A stretch of 64,000 nt of DNA from an uncultured Aminicenantes bacterium (lineage in GTDB: Bacteria > Acidobacteriota > Aminicenantia > UBA2199), in the NCBI GenBank assembly GCA_965195285.1, contig CBDAFS010000040.1, positions 32,791 to 96,790 of the forward strand, in the 5' to 3' direction. The notes below the pieces were generated by a model. It did no database searches, was not told where the DNA came from, and saw only the letters and a program-made list of their open reading frames with translations. Positions 1 to 8,597 of the stretch are shown one piece after another. The position numbers and the translations under genes are program-made. The first letter of the stretch is position 1. Each line of letters opens with the position of its first letter.

Positions 1-1067
1 ATATGGGCCACCTGGCCCGGGTAGTTCACCCCAACATAGATTTTCTCCTCCCGGGTATCATAAAATGCCCTGGATACATACCCCAAGCGCTTTTCGGTAA
101 TCACCTTCTGAGAAGAGTAGGGGACCTGTCCAAGCCGTTGCAGGTTTTCTAACTGATATTGCTTTTCCCACTGGATCCATTCCGACCAGGCTTCATTCAG
201 GGATAAACCATAGGTTTTTTTAAACTGTTTGGAAAAGTAGGCCTTGCTATCCCTTGATCGTGAAACCCATTTGATGACACTTTCGGGACCATAGCGGTTG
301 GCCAGGTAACTGAAAAACCGGGTGCCGTACAGATAGGCATTCACACCCACCTGAAAATTCTTCTTGGTGGCTTCGGACTGTAATCCCACCTGGTCATGCA
401 AATCCACCTGCTCATGAATCAAGCTTCTAAAGGCCATTTCATCGTAGGCTCCCAGCGCCCTCCCCAATCCGCCGGTCATCCAGGTCTCCATGAATACCGC
501 AATCCCTTCGTGAAACCATCTGGGGGCAAAATCCCGTGGTGAAGTTAAATAACCGTACAATAATGACAAAGGATTATCGGCTGTGGGTGCCACTTTTCCA
601 AAAAATATTTTTCGATAAAATTTGTCCGATTTGGTGGCCTGATCGCTGGCCAGCACATGAACCAGTTCATGATTCATCATCCAATTCATCCGTTCGTTTC
701 CCAGTATGATCTCAAAAACATAATTAAAAGGGGCAATGGACACAAACATCCGGTTGTTGGGTACAGCTGAGGTTCCGGCATTACCAAAATCAGAAAAATC
801 ATGAAGAACAACCGTAATTTTTTCCGTGGGTTTGTAATCAAAGATTTTCATATGCTGGGCCAGTGAATTCTCAAAACATCGGGCCACATGGGATACCAAA
901 TAGGCATGGGCTTCCCCGAAATAGATCAAGCGAAGGTTTTTTGTTTCAATGGATTGAAAACGGGAGTAAACAGGATGGCTAATAAAAAAAATCGAAAGAA
1001 AAATAAATATAATCAAAACGCTGATTTTTTTAATTTTCTCCTCCTCTTTAGAAAAGCACAATACCAT
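1..1067 (-). CDS. Secreted gluzincin (peptidase MA-like) metallopeptidase-domain protein, runs off the window start (partial)
   Basis: Not in the ORF track because it has no stop in the window. Manual translation gives ...IKKISVLIIFIFLSIFFISHPVYS (signal peptide-like), then NWMMNHELVHV (HExxH) and PRWFHEGIAVFMETW (third Zn ligand E). The start is ambiguous: ATG 1067 or ATT 1034. Confidence 0.8.
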   Translation of the reverse strand, partial: MVLCFSKEEEKIKKISVLIIFIFLSIFFISHPVYSRFQSIETKNLRLIYFGEAHAYLVSHVARCFENSLAQHMKIFDYKPTEKITVVLHDFSDFGNAGTSAVPNNRMFVSIAPFNYVFEIILGNERMNWMMNHELVHVLASDQATKSDKFYRKIFFGKVAPTADNPLSLLYGYLTSPRDFAPRWFHEGIAVFMETWMTGGLGRALGAYDEMAFRSLIHEQVDLHDQVGLQSEATKKNFQVGVNAYLYGTRFFSYLANRYGPESVIKWVSRSRDSKAYFSKQFKKTYGLSLNEAWSEWIQWEKQYQLENLQRLGQVPYSSQKVITEKRLGYVSRAFYDTREEKIYVGVNYPGQVAH

Positions 1068-1099
1068 TTCCTCCCCAGTTGGGGAGAAAATGGTATTGT
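1058..1099 (-). terminator. Long hairpin, terminator or attenuator, downstream of the repeat-protein gene
   Basis: Minus strand ACAATACCATTTTCTCCCCA-AC-TGGGGAGGAAATGGTATTGT followed by GCTTTTCT. The single non-Watson-Crick pair is G-U only on the minus strand. Confidence 0.7.
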
Positions 1100-1113
1100 A
1101 TCGATTGATCGTT

Positions 1114-3453
1114 TTATTTGATCAGTGCTTCTCTGGACAGTGCTTTTCTGAAACTGTCGTGACTGATGGCCCTTCTGAATGAATCCTGGGAGATGGCCTT
1201 GAGAAAAGGCTCGCTGAACAGGGCCCGTCTCAAAACCTCATGTGACATGGCCTTTCGCATGGATTCACTGAAAAATGCCCTTCTGAGCGGCTCCCTGGAC
1301 AGGGCACTCCGCATGGTATCACTGAAAAATGCCTCTCTCAAAACTCCACTGGACAAAGCATTTCTCATGGTTTCACTGAAGAAAGCCTGACGTAAAATCC
1401 CATTGCCAATGGCTTTCCTGAAAGTCTCACTGGACAAAGCTCTGAGCAGTGTTTTATTCTCAAATGCTTTCCTTAAACCGGCATCCCGGGAGATGGCCTT
1501 CAAGAATTGACCGTCTCCGGCTATGGCCTTTCGGAACACTTCATGATCGGCAACCGCTTTCACAAAAGCTTGATTCGAGAATGCTTTTCTCAGCGGTTCA
1601 CTGAAGAGTGCTCTTTTCAGGGGTTGGTCCATCAGGGCTTTGCGAAAAGCCTCCTGGTTCAGCGCTCTCATAAAGGGCCCCGAAAACATGGCTTTTCTCA
1701 TTGCCTGGTCGCCGATAGCCTTTCTAAATGATTCTCCAAACAGGATATTCCGCATGGATTCCATTTCAATTGCCCGGCGGAAAGACTTACAGGCCAGTGC
1801 CCGGAGTAAGGTTTTATTGCCCAGAGCCCGGCGTAAGGTTTCATCGCTTCCCATGGCCCGGATCAATCCGTCATGTTTGGATATGGCTTTTCTCAGGGCA
1901 ACCTCACTGGTCAGGGCCCGGCGGAAAACATCACTGTTAAAGGCTTTGGCCAAGGTCTCGCTGAAAAAGGCTTTATGTAAAGCCTCATCCGCAAATGCCT
2001 TTCGACAGGCTTCACCAAACAGAGCTTTTCTTAAGGGTTGATCAGCCATTGCCCTTCTCATGGGTTGGCTGCACAGGGCTTTCAGCATGACCTCATTATT
2101 CAGGGCTTTGCGCAAGGCCGGATCATTGGCCATGGCTTTTTGCAACCCGTCATGTCCGGAAACAAAATTCCGCAATGCATTCTGATTACCCAGTGCTTTG
2201 CGGAAAGATGCATCCATCATGGCCTTTTTCAAGGGCTCTCCGAATAGGGCTTTTCTTAAATTTTCTCTGGCCAGTGCTTCCTTGAAAGGTCCGTGAAAAA
2301 GGGCTTTTCTGAATTCATCCGCTTCCAGAGCCCTACGCAGGCTTTCATGGGAAAATGCCTTGAGAAAGATTTCGCTATTGACAGCCTTCGTGAGATTATC
2401 ATCCCTGACCATGGCCTTTTTCAAGACCTCATTTAAAGCAATGGCCTTACGAAATGCCTCACGACCGGACATGGCCTTACGAAATGCCTCTCCTGATAAG
2501 GCCTCTCTGACCGGCTTACTGAAAATGGCTTTACGTAACACATCATCAGCCATGGCCCGATAAAAGGGTTCGCTGAATAAGGCCTCCCTCAATATATCAT
2601 GAGACAGAGCCTTCATCAGGGTTTCATTGGAAAGGGCTTTGCGAAGGGATTCGTCATGCAAGGCCTTTCGCACGGAATGGCTGGACAACGCTTTCAATAA
2701 AACATCCTGGTCAAATGCCCGGCGCAATTCCGGGTCTTTGGAGAAAGCTTTTTGTAAGCTTTCATCACCGGAGATGGCTTTGCGCAGCGCTTCATGATTT
2801 CCCAACGCCTGGCGAAACACATCTCTTGCCAATGCTGCCTTAAGGGGTTCGCAAAAAAGGGCTTTTCTCAACACCTCATCGGACAAAGCCTGGCGGAAAG
2901 GTTCATTAAAAATGGCCTTGCGCAATTCATCATTAAAAATTGCCATGCGAAAAGACTCACTGTTCATGGCTTTGCGAAATCCCTCATCAGACATGGCCTT
3001 TCTGAAGCTGTTACTCATCATGGCCCGGCGCATACTCTTATGAGAAACGGCTCTCCGCAACGCTTCTCCAAACAGAGCCTTCCTCACCGTTTCATTTTCC
3101 ATGGCCGCAATAAAATCCTTACTGTTGATCAACGCCTGGATTTGATCATTCTGCAACAGGGTTTGAGTTTGGGAATCACTGAGAACCACATCTGCTGGAC
3201 TCAGCTGATCAGCTTGATACCGTTGGGCTTGCTCCACACCACCGATTGTCGCACTGGTTTCTTGTCCATCAGGCCAGGGGAAAAAAAGTCCAAAATAGCC
3301 AATTAAAATGATGGCTGCTACAGCGCCTCCCAATAACCACTTCCTGGTACTTGATTTACTCATTTCGTCCTCCTTAATACTGATTTTTAATTTATATTGA
3401 ATCTCATCCACCTTGCTTCGATAATACTTTTTGAGGCTTTTCTCAGGTCTCAT
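1114..3453 (-). CDS. Membrane-anchored tandem-repeat protein (about 70 x 9-10 aa, [FLM]RKA[LIMF]xx[ED]x), putative anti-sigma or surface protein
   Basis: Basic N-terminus, TM segment WLLGGAVAAIILIGYFGLFF, then repeats from about aa 113 to 779. Lies directly downstream of an ECF sigma. Alternative start at ATG 3363. Confidence 0.85.
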   Translation of the reverse strand: MRPEKSLKKYYRSKVDEIQYKLKISIKEDEMSKSSTRKWLLGGAVAAIILIGYFGLFFPWPDGQETSATIGGVEQAQRYQADQLSPADVVLSDSQTQTLLQNDQIQALINSKDFIAAMENETVRKALFGEALRRAVSHKSMRRAMMSNSFRKAMSDEGFRKAMNSESFRMAIFNDELRKAIFNEPFRQALSDEVLRKALFCEPLKAALARDVFRQALGNHEALRKAISGDESLQKAFSKDPELRRAFDQDVLLKALSSHSVRKALHDESLRKALSNETLMKALSHDILREALFSEPFYRAMADDVLRKAIFSKPVREALSGEAFRKAMSGREAFRKAIALNEVLKKAMVRDDNLTKAVNSEIFLKAFSHESLRRALEADEFRKALFHGPFKEALARENLRKALFGEPLKKAMMDASFRKALGNQNALRNFVSGHDGLQKAMANDPALRKALNNEVMLKALCSQPMRRAMADQPLRKALFGEACRKAFADEALHKAFFSETLAKAFNSDVFRRALTSEVALRKAISKHDGLIRAMGSDETLRRALGNKTLLRALACKSFRRAIEMESMRNILFGESFRKAIGDQAMRKAMFSGPFMRALNQEAFRKALMDQPLKRALFSEPLRKAFSNQAFVKAVADHEVFRKAIAGDGQFLKAISRDAGLRKAFENKTLLRALSSETFRKAIGNGILRQAFFSETMRNALSSGVLREAFFSDTMRSALSREPLRRAFFSESMRKAMSHEVLRRALFSEPFLKAISQDSFRRAISHDSFRKALSREALIK

Positions 3454-3475
3454 GTTGAAGCTCCTTTCGATTATA

Positions 3476-3503
3476 TAGACGAGTGAATAAAAAAAATGGT
3501 GAA
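3476..3503 (-). promoter_or_regulatory. Putative ECF-type promoter TTCACC-N16-CGTCTA
   Basis: Lies between the ECF sigma stop and the repeat gene. The -10 CGTC and 16-nt spacer are typical of ECF promoters. Confidence 0.55.
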
Positions 3504-3510
3504 AAAAAGA

Positions 3511-4074
3511 TTAAAAACTCAAATCTTTACTCAGGTTTTTTCTGATCAGGCGGACCTTGGATTTGACCGTATTGACATTGAGGTTCAAAATCCGGCTGAT
3601 GTCTTTATATCTCATGTTCTCAAAGAACCGTAAATAGGAAATCTCTCTTTCCGTCTCATCCAGCTTACTCAGACAATGATCAATTTTCTCCAGCAGATCC
3701 TGTTCGATGACAATCTTTTCCGGTGTTCGCAAATCCAGAACTTTTTCAATTTCGATTCCACCGGTATTAATAGAATTTTCTTTTCTGCTTTTCAAAAAAT
3801 CAATACAGTGATTTCTGGCAATTCGATAAATCCAGGCTTTAAATGAATGCAAAGGATTGAAGGTGTTCAGGTTTTTATAAATTTTAATCATGACTTCCTG
3901 AAAGATATCATCAAAGGAAGGATGATTAAAGGGGATCAGATTGGAAATATAAAAACCAATTTTCTGATGGTAATGATACCAAATGAACTGAAATAATTTA
4001 GATTTTTCCTTTTCTCCGAAAGAAGAGCCGATGAAGACATAAAATCGTTCATAAAACTCTTGAACTTTATCCAT
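3511..4074 (-). CDS. ECF RNA polymerase sigma factor
   Basis: Region 2 DDIFQEVMIKIY...FKAWIYRIARNHCIDFLK; region 4 YKDISRILNLNVNTVKSKV. Confidence 0.93.
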   Translation of the reverse strand: MDKVQEFYERFYVFIGSSFGEKEKSKLFQFIWYHYHQKIGFYISNLIPFNHPSFDDIFQEVMIKIYKNLNTFNPLHSFKAWIYRIARNHCIDFLKSRKENSINTGGIEIEKVLDLRTPEKIVIEQDLLEKIDHCLSKLDETEREISYLRFFENMRYKDISRILNLNVNTVKSKVRLIRKNLSKDLSF

Positions 4075-4237
4075 GAAGGTTTAGGTTAGAATTGAGTGAA
4101 AGGAATCCTGGTTTCCCACCTTTTTCATCCTCTCAGACATCTTGCCTGTTAGAAACTATAATCATTGGCAAAAAAAAAGTCAAGCTTTTCATATTAATTA
4201 TTTATTCGACTTTTGCTATAATGACATTGTCATTTAT

Positions 4238-4654
4238 ATGCAGGTAAAAAAAAGTATAAAACTGAAAAACAGTTTTTCAGAAATAAAAAAACTGAATGAA
4301 TTTCTCAGGAAATTTCTTCAGCATCATTCCCTTAACATTCTCAACCATCAGGACATTCAGCTTTCTCTGGAAGAGATATTTAACAATATTTTATTATATG
4401 CCTATCAAGACAGGCAGATCCATGAAATCAGCTTTCAATTCAATTTGGAAAACAAGGTCTTGTGGATTTGCATTGAAGATGATGGCATTCCTTTCAATCT
4501 GCTCAAGGTAAAGGAACCCGAATTAACCACACCTCTTCAGGAACGACAGGTGGGAGGTTTGGGTATTCATTTGATTCGGTCTTTAATGGATGAGATCTCT
4601 TATCAAAGAAAAAACAATAAAAATATATTAATCATAAAAAAAGATATAAATTGA
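4238..4654 (+). CDS. rsbW: Anti-sigma factor Ser kinase (RsbW/SpoIIAB-like, HATPase_c)
   Basis: LEEIFNNILLYAY, IEDDGIPFN and GGLGIHLIRSLMDEISY motifs. ATG 4238 preferred over TTG 4142. Confidence 0.85.
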   Translation: MQVKKSIKLKNSFSEIKKLNEFLRKFLQHHSLNILNHQDIQLSLEEIFNNILLYAYQDRQIHEISFQFNLENKVLWICIEDDGIPFNLLKVKEPELTTPLQERQVGGLGIHLIRSLMDEISYQRKNNKNILIIKKDIN

Positions 4655-4669
4655 TAAAATGGGGGTAAT

Positions 4670-5008
4670 ATGCAAATAAAAGAAGAAAAAATCGGGTCAG
4701 TACTTGTATTATCTGTTTCCGGCAGAGTGGAAATGCTCACCTCACCCCAGCTGAAAGAAAATATTGTCAACCACATCAATATCGGAGAACATCAGCTGCT
4801 ATTCGATCTCTCCGAGCTTGATTACATCAGCAGCCCGGGCCTGGGTATACTGCTGTATGCAGCCAAATTACTACAGGAAAAAAAGGGAAAAATGGACTTA
4901 TGCGCTTTGAAACCCCATATTTTTGAAGTTTTTAAAATCTGCGGTTTTGACAAGGTTCTCCCCATTTTTCAGACCCGGGAGGAAGCCCTCAAGGCATTTG
5001 ACCGGTAA
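4670..5008 (+). CDS. rsbV: Anti-sigma factor antagonist (STAS domain, RsbV/SpoIIAA-like)
   Basis: DLSELDYISSPGLG phospho-Ser motif; adjacent to the RsbW-like gene. Confidence 0.88.
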   Translation: MQIKEEKIGSVLVLSVSGRVEMLTSPQLKENIVNHINIGEHQLLFDLSELDYISSPGLGILLYAAKLLQEKKGKMDLCALKPHIFEVFKICGFDKVLPIFQTREEALKAFDR

Positions 5009-5019
5009 CAGGGTGGCGG

Positions 5020-7296
5020 TCAGGTTTTTATGTTGATGAAAAAGTAGAATGAAACAGCCCCAAATAGAAACAAAGGTGCGAAGGCGGATAAAAAGGGCGG
5101 CAGGATTCCGCTGGAACCCAGGGCACTGAATATCCCGATGGCACCCCAGAAAATCATGGAAACCCCCACCGCGATTCCGATGCCGTACAGGGTTCCCTTG
5201 TTACCCATCAAAAATGAGAAGGGAATGGCAATGAACACCATGATCAAACTGGCAAAGGGAAAGGCAACTTTGTAGTAGAGTTTGGCCCTGAATTTGGTGG
5301 GATCCGATTTGTTCTTTTCCAAATATTGAATATAATTATTCAATTTGGCAATATTCATAAATTCAGAATACGATATTTTTTTGGTGAATATAGACCGTCC
5401 CTCTTTAACAACTATTTGCTTTTGATCAAATTCCTTGAAATCATGCGGAGTATTTTGTTTAAATGTTCGCTCAAAACCGTCTCTGAGAATCAGCTGGTTT
5501 GGCCCTGACCAGGCTGCAGTTTTGGCCACGATTCTTCTGGAAATTTCAAATTGCTCATTAAAACTGATGGCAGTAAATTTCACAAACCGATTGGTTCTCC
5601 GGTTATAAAATTGATAGTGGAACAATTCATTTTGACCGGCTATGATCCAGTTTTTTCTCAATTCAATATCGGTTTTCCGGGTTATATTCCGAATGATATT
5701 CAAGGTTTCCATGGCATTTTTATTGTACTGGGGGGTCAGGTTTTCCTGAATAAAAAAGGCCAGCAGCGAAACCACCAGTCCGAAAAAAAATGCCGGCAAG
5801 GTCAATCGATGCAGGCCGATTCCACTGACTTGAACCGCAATGATTTCATTATTCTTGCTCATCAATGAAAAGGTTAACAAAACCGCTGTTAAAATAGAGA
5901 CCGGGAAGGTAAAGCTGATAAATTCAGGGATATTGTAAAACACATAGTTGAGTAAAAAATAAAATTCCACCTTGTTTTTGATGATCTCATCAATAAGATC
6001 GACAATGGTCAAAATAGAAAAAATGAACATTAGAGAGAGAAGAATCAGTGTAAAAACCAGAGTCAACCGTTTGAGGACATAAATATCCAGAATCTTAAAC
6101 AGTCTGGATTTTGCCTTTTTTACTTTTAAAACAAAGAGAACTTTCCTCCTTTTTAAAAACGCTTTTTCTTTAAACCGATTAAAAAAGGAAAGCATGTCCT
6201 CCCAGTCGATGGATTTTTCTTTTGAAGTAAAAAAGTACAGACCAATCCCTATCAAAATCAGGAACATGTTGGGGAACCATATGCCCGCAAACGGCGAAAT
6301 GATCTTCTTCAGAATCATGTTTCTAGCCGTGGTAATAATGGTGTAATAGAGGAAAATGATACCCAGTGAAATAATGAAACCGCTGACTTTCCCCCCTTTT
6401 TTGGTTGAAATGCCCAGAGACAAAGCCAGGAACCCAAAGGCCAGGCACGTAAATGGCAGGGCAAATTTGTTATGAAATTCAATTTGAATACTCAAATCAT
6501 CGGGTTCATATTTCAGGGTTTCCAGGAGATGGGGAAGGGTTTGCTGGGTGCTCCTGCGGGTTTGCTTGATATTAATCAACTCAGGAATATATTCTCTGAG
6601 GAATTTAAAACTCTGGGAATAGCTCTGTTTGGGTTCTTTTTTTTTAAATCCCTGAATCACTGCATCGCTGAGGGCGATATGGCTTTCTCTTGTTCCATAT
6701 TTTTGAATGAATTTTCCCCTCTTGGCTATGATCATCTTGTCATCATTGGCCTGCTTCATTGAATAGAGGAATATGTCTTTCCATTCTCCGCTTGGATTGT
6801 CAATTTCATTGAAATAAAGCACATAAAACGGAAACCCCGTATAAAACGTTTTTGGTTTTATATTGGAAACCGCCTTGGACAGAATCACCTGGGTGTATAG
6901 CCGGGAAAACCTGTAGTTACTCTCCGGGGCCACATACATGATCAACCAGGAAGAGAACAACCAGGTCAGTACGGTAAAAATCAAAACCGGTTTATAAACC
7001 CGCAGATTGTTTACTCCCATGGTCCGGTAAGCCACAATCTCATAGTCAGTGCTCATCCGACTTAAACCGGCCAATACCCCCATTAGAGTTGCCATGGGTA
7101 TGGTAAAAGACAGAAAATCTGGCAGAAGATACAGCAATATCTTCAAAATGGTCCAAGTGGAAGCACTTCTGGAAATCAGCACATTGGACAAAACCAGAAT
7201 CTGATTAATGAGCAGGGTGAAGGTATACACCAGAAGCCCGATACTGAAGGGCGAAATGATTTCCTTCAACACATACCGATCAAAGGACTTGAGCAT
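5020..7296 (-). CDS. lptF: Fused LPS export permease LptF-LptG
   Basis: Two tandem YjgP/YjgQ halves (FDRYVLKEI...RMSTDYEIVAYRTMG and LDIYVLKR...MSKNNEIIAVQVSG). Confidence 0.92.
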   Translation of the reverse strand: MLKSFDRYVLKEIISPFSIGLLVYTFTLLINQILVLSNVLISRSASTWTILKILLYLLPDFLSFTIPMATLMGVLAGLSRMSTDYEIVAYRTMGVNNLRVYKPVLIFTVLTWLFSSWLIMYVAPESNYRFSRLYTQVILSKAVSNIKPKTFYTGFPFYVLYFNEIDNPSGEWKDIFLYSMKQANDDKMIIAKRGKFIQKYGTRESHIALSDAVIQGFKKKEPKQSYSQSFKFLREYIPELINIKQTRRSTQQTLPHLLETLKYEPDDLSIQIEFHNKFALPFTCLAFGFLALSLGISTKKGGKVSGFIISLGIIFLYYTIITTARNMILKKIISPFAGIWFPNMFLILIGIGLYFFTSKEKSIDWEDMLSFFNRFKEKAFLKRRKVLFVLKVKKAKSRLFKILDIYVLKRLTLVFTLILLSLMFIFSILTIVDLIDEIIKNKVEFYFLLNYVFYNIPEFISFTFPVSILTAVLLTFSLMSKNNEIIAVQVSGIGLHRLTLPAFFFGLVVSLLAFFIQENLTPQYNKNAMETLNIIRNITRKTDIELRKNWIIAGQNELFHYQFYNRRTNRFVKFTAISFNEQFEISRRIVAKTAAWSGPNQLILRDGFERTFKQNTPHDFKEFDQKQIVVKEGRSIFTKKISYSEFMNIAKLNNYIQYLEKNKSDPTKFRAKLYYKVAFPFASLIMVFIAIPFSFLMGNKGTLYGIGIAVGVSMIFWGAIGIFSALGSSGILPPFLSAFAPLFLFGAVSFYFFINIKT

Positions 7297-7399
7297 TTTC
7301 CAATCATATCATATTCACAATAACAAACCAATATTTGATGTTTTTGAGATATTGTTGTGTTCGGCTGTTCTAAAAGTTATAATAAAAAGCGGAGAAAAA

Positions 7400-8536
7400 A
7401 TGAAACCACTGAAATCTATCATGTTTTGGTTATGGTTAAGCCTAATTTTAAATTTCCAACCATCAATGGCCGTGAAAAGCGAAGCGGCGATCGTCATGTG
7501 TGGACCCAGCGTCAAGCAGATAGAAAACATCAACCAGTTGTATGAGAGGGATTTGCTCCATCTCAACAATATCAAACTGATTTGTGTTTATCACCAGAAT
7601 GAATTGATTTTCCACAAGCCCTCATTCGAAGAAGAGATCATCTCCAATTACCAGCCAGCAATTGACTACGTAAGGGAAAAGGATCTGGACTGGGTCAGTT
7701 TTGAAGTGATAAAAGGTGTGGTTGAGATAAATAACCTCTTCAAAAATAATATCTGGACCCCTCAATTCAAAAGAATTTACGATCAGAGTCAGGGCATTAT
7801 TTTTACCGGTGGTTACGATTTACCGCCATCCATATACGGTGAGGAAAACAATCTTCTCACCTCGGCTGCCACCCCCATCCGATCACTCTATGAGTGTTCT
7901 TTTCTATTCCATCTTTTGGGCGGCAACCAGAATTCTGATTTCACGGCTTGGCTCGAATCCAGAAAAAGTTACGTTGTACTGGGTATATGTCTGGGTGCCC
8001 AAACCTTGAATGTATCCACAGGAGGGACCCTGTTCCAGGATATTCCATCCCAGATTTATCATTTGAATACCATCGAACAAGTATTAAAACTCTCTCCGGA
8101 TAAAATCCACAGTTCCATTTATATTAAAAAGCTTCATCCCTTTGAAAAGGATCTGGCCCCGGCATTTCATCAAATAAAATTCAAGAACCACAGTCTGTGG
8201 ACCCAAAAAATGGGCATGCACAAGTCAGATCGCCCTTTTGTCTTATCCTCTCATCATCAGTCCGTCAAAACTCTGGGGAAAGATCTTGTGGTGGCCGCCA
8301 CTTCATTGGATGGAAAAGTGATAGAAGCCATCGCCCATTCCAGATACAAAAATGTCCTGGGAGTTCAGTTTCATCCGGAATATTTCCTCCTTTACCAAAA
8401 AGGATCACGCTTCAAAACATCTCCCCGGCAGAAATCCAATTTGAATTTACGTTCATTCTTATTTAACCACCCACCCTCAATGAAATTTCATCAAAACTTA
8501 TGGAAATGGTTTTCTGAAGCCCTTTTGGGTATATAA
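7400..8536 (+). CDS. Gamma-glutamyl-gamma-aminobutyrate hydrolase family (peptidase C26) with signal peptide
   Basis: FTGGYD, LGICLGAQ (nucleophile Cys), SSHHQ and GVQFHPE motifs. ATG 7400 follows a GGAG RBS. Confidence 0.85.
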   Translation: MKPLKSIMFWLWLSLILNFQPSMAVKSEAAIVMCGPSVKQIENINQLYERDLLHLNNIKLICVYHQNELIFHKPSFEEEIISNYQPAIDYVREKDLDWVSFEVIKGVVEINNLFKNNIWTPQFKRIYDQSQGIIFTGGYDLPPSIYGEENNLLTSAATPIRSLYECSFLFHLLGGNQNSDFTAWLESRKSYVVLGICLGAQTLNVSTGGTLFQDIPSQIYHLNTIEQVLKLSPDKIHSSIYIKKLHPFEKDLAPAFHQIKFKNHSLWTQKMGMHKSDRPFVLSSHHQSVKTLGKDLVVAATSLDGKVIEAIAHSRYKNVLGVQFHPEYFLLYQKGSRFKTSPRQKSNLNLRSFLFNHPPSMKFHQNLWKWFSEALLGI

Positions 8537-8541
8537 TATAT

Positions 8542-8570
8542 TTGCTTTTTGGTACAAAATTTTTTATAAT
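8542..8570 (+). promoter_or_regulatory. Sigma70 promoter of the nusA operon
   Basis: TTGCTT-N17-TATAAT upstream of nusA. Confidence 0.6.
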
Positions 8571-8597
8571 GGCATGTTAAACAAATGAGGACTATAA

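Noticed and set aside
1114-3120. 27-nt DNA periodicity read as a non-coding repeat array; several + strand ORFs over it
   Set aside because: The periodicity is explained by the protein repeat with degenerate codons; the + strand ORFs are antisense shadows.
7208-7399. Extended N-termini in the ORF track (also 22714-22812, 31779-31859, 4142-4237, 46610-46666)
   Set aside because: They overlap divergent genes or promoters, and downstream starts have better RBS or signal-peptide context.
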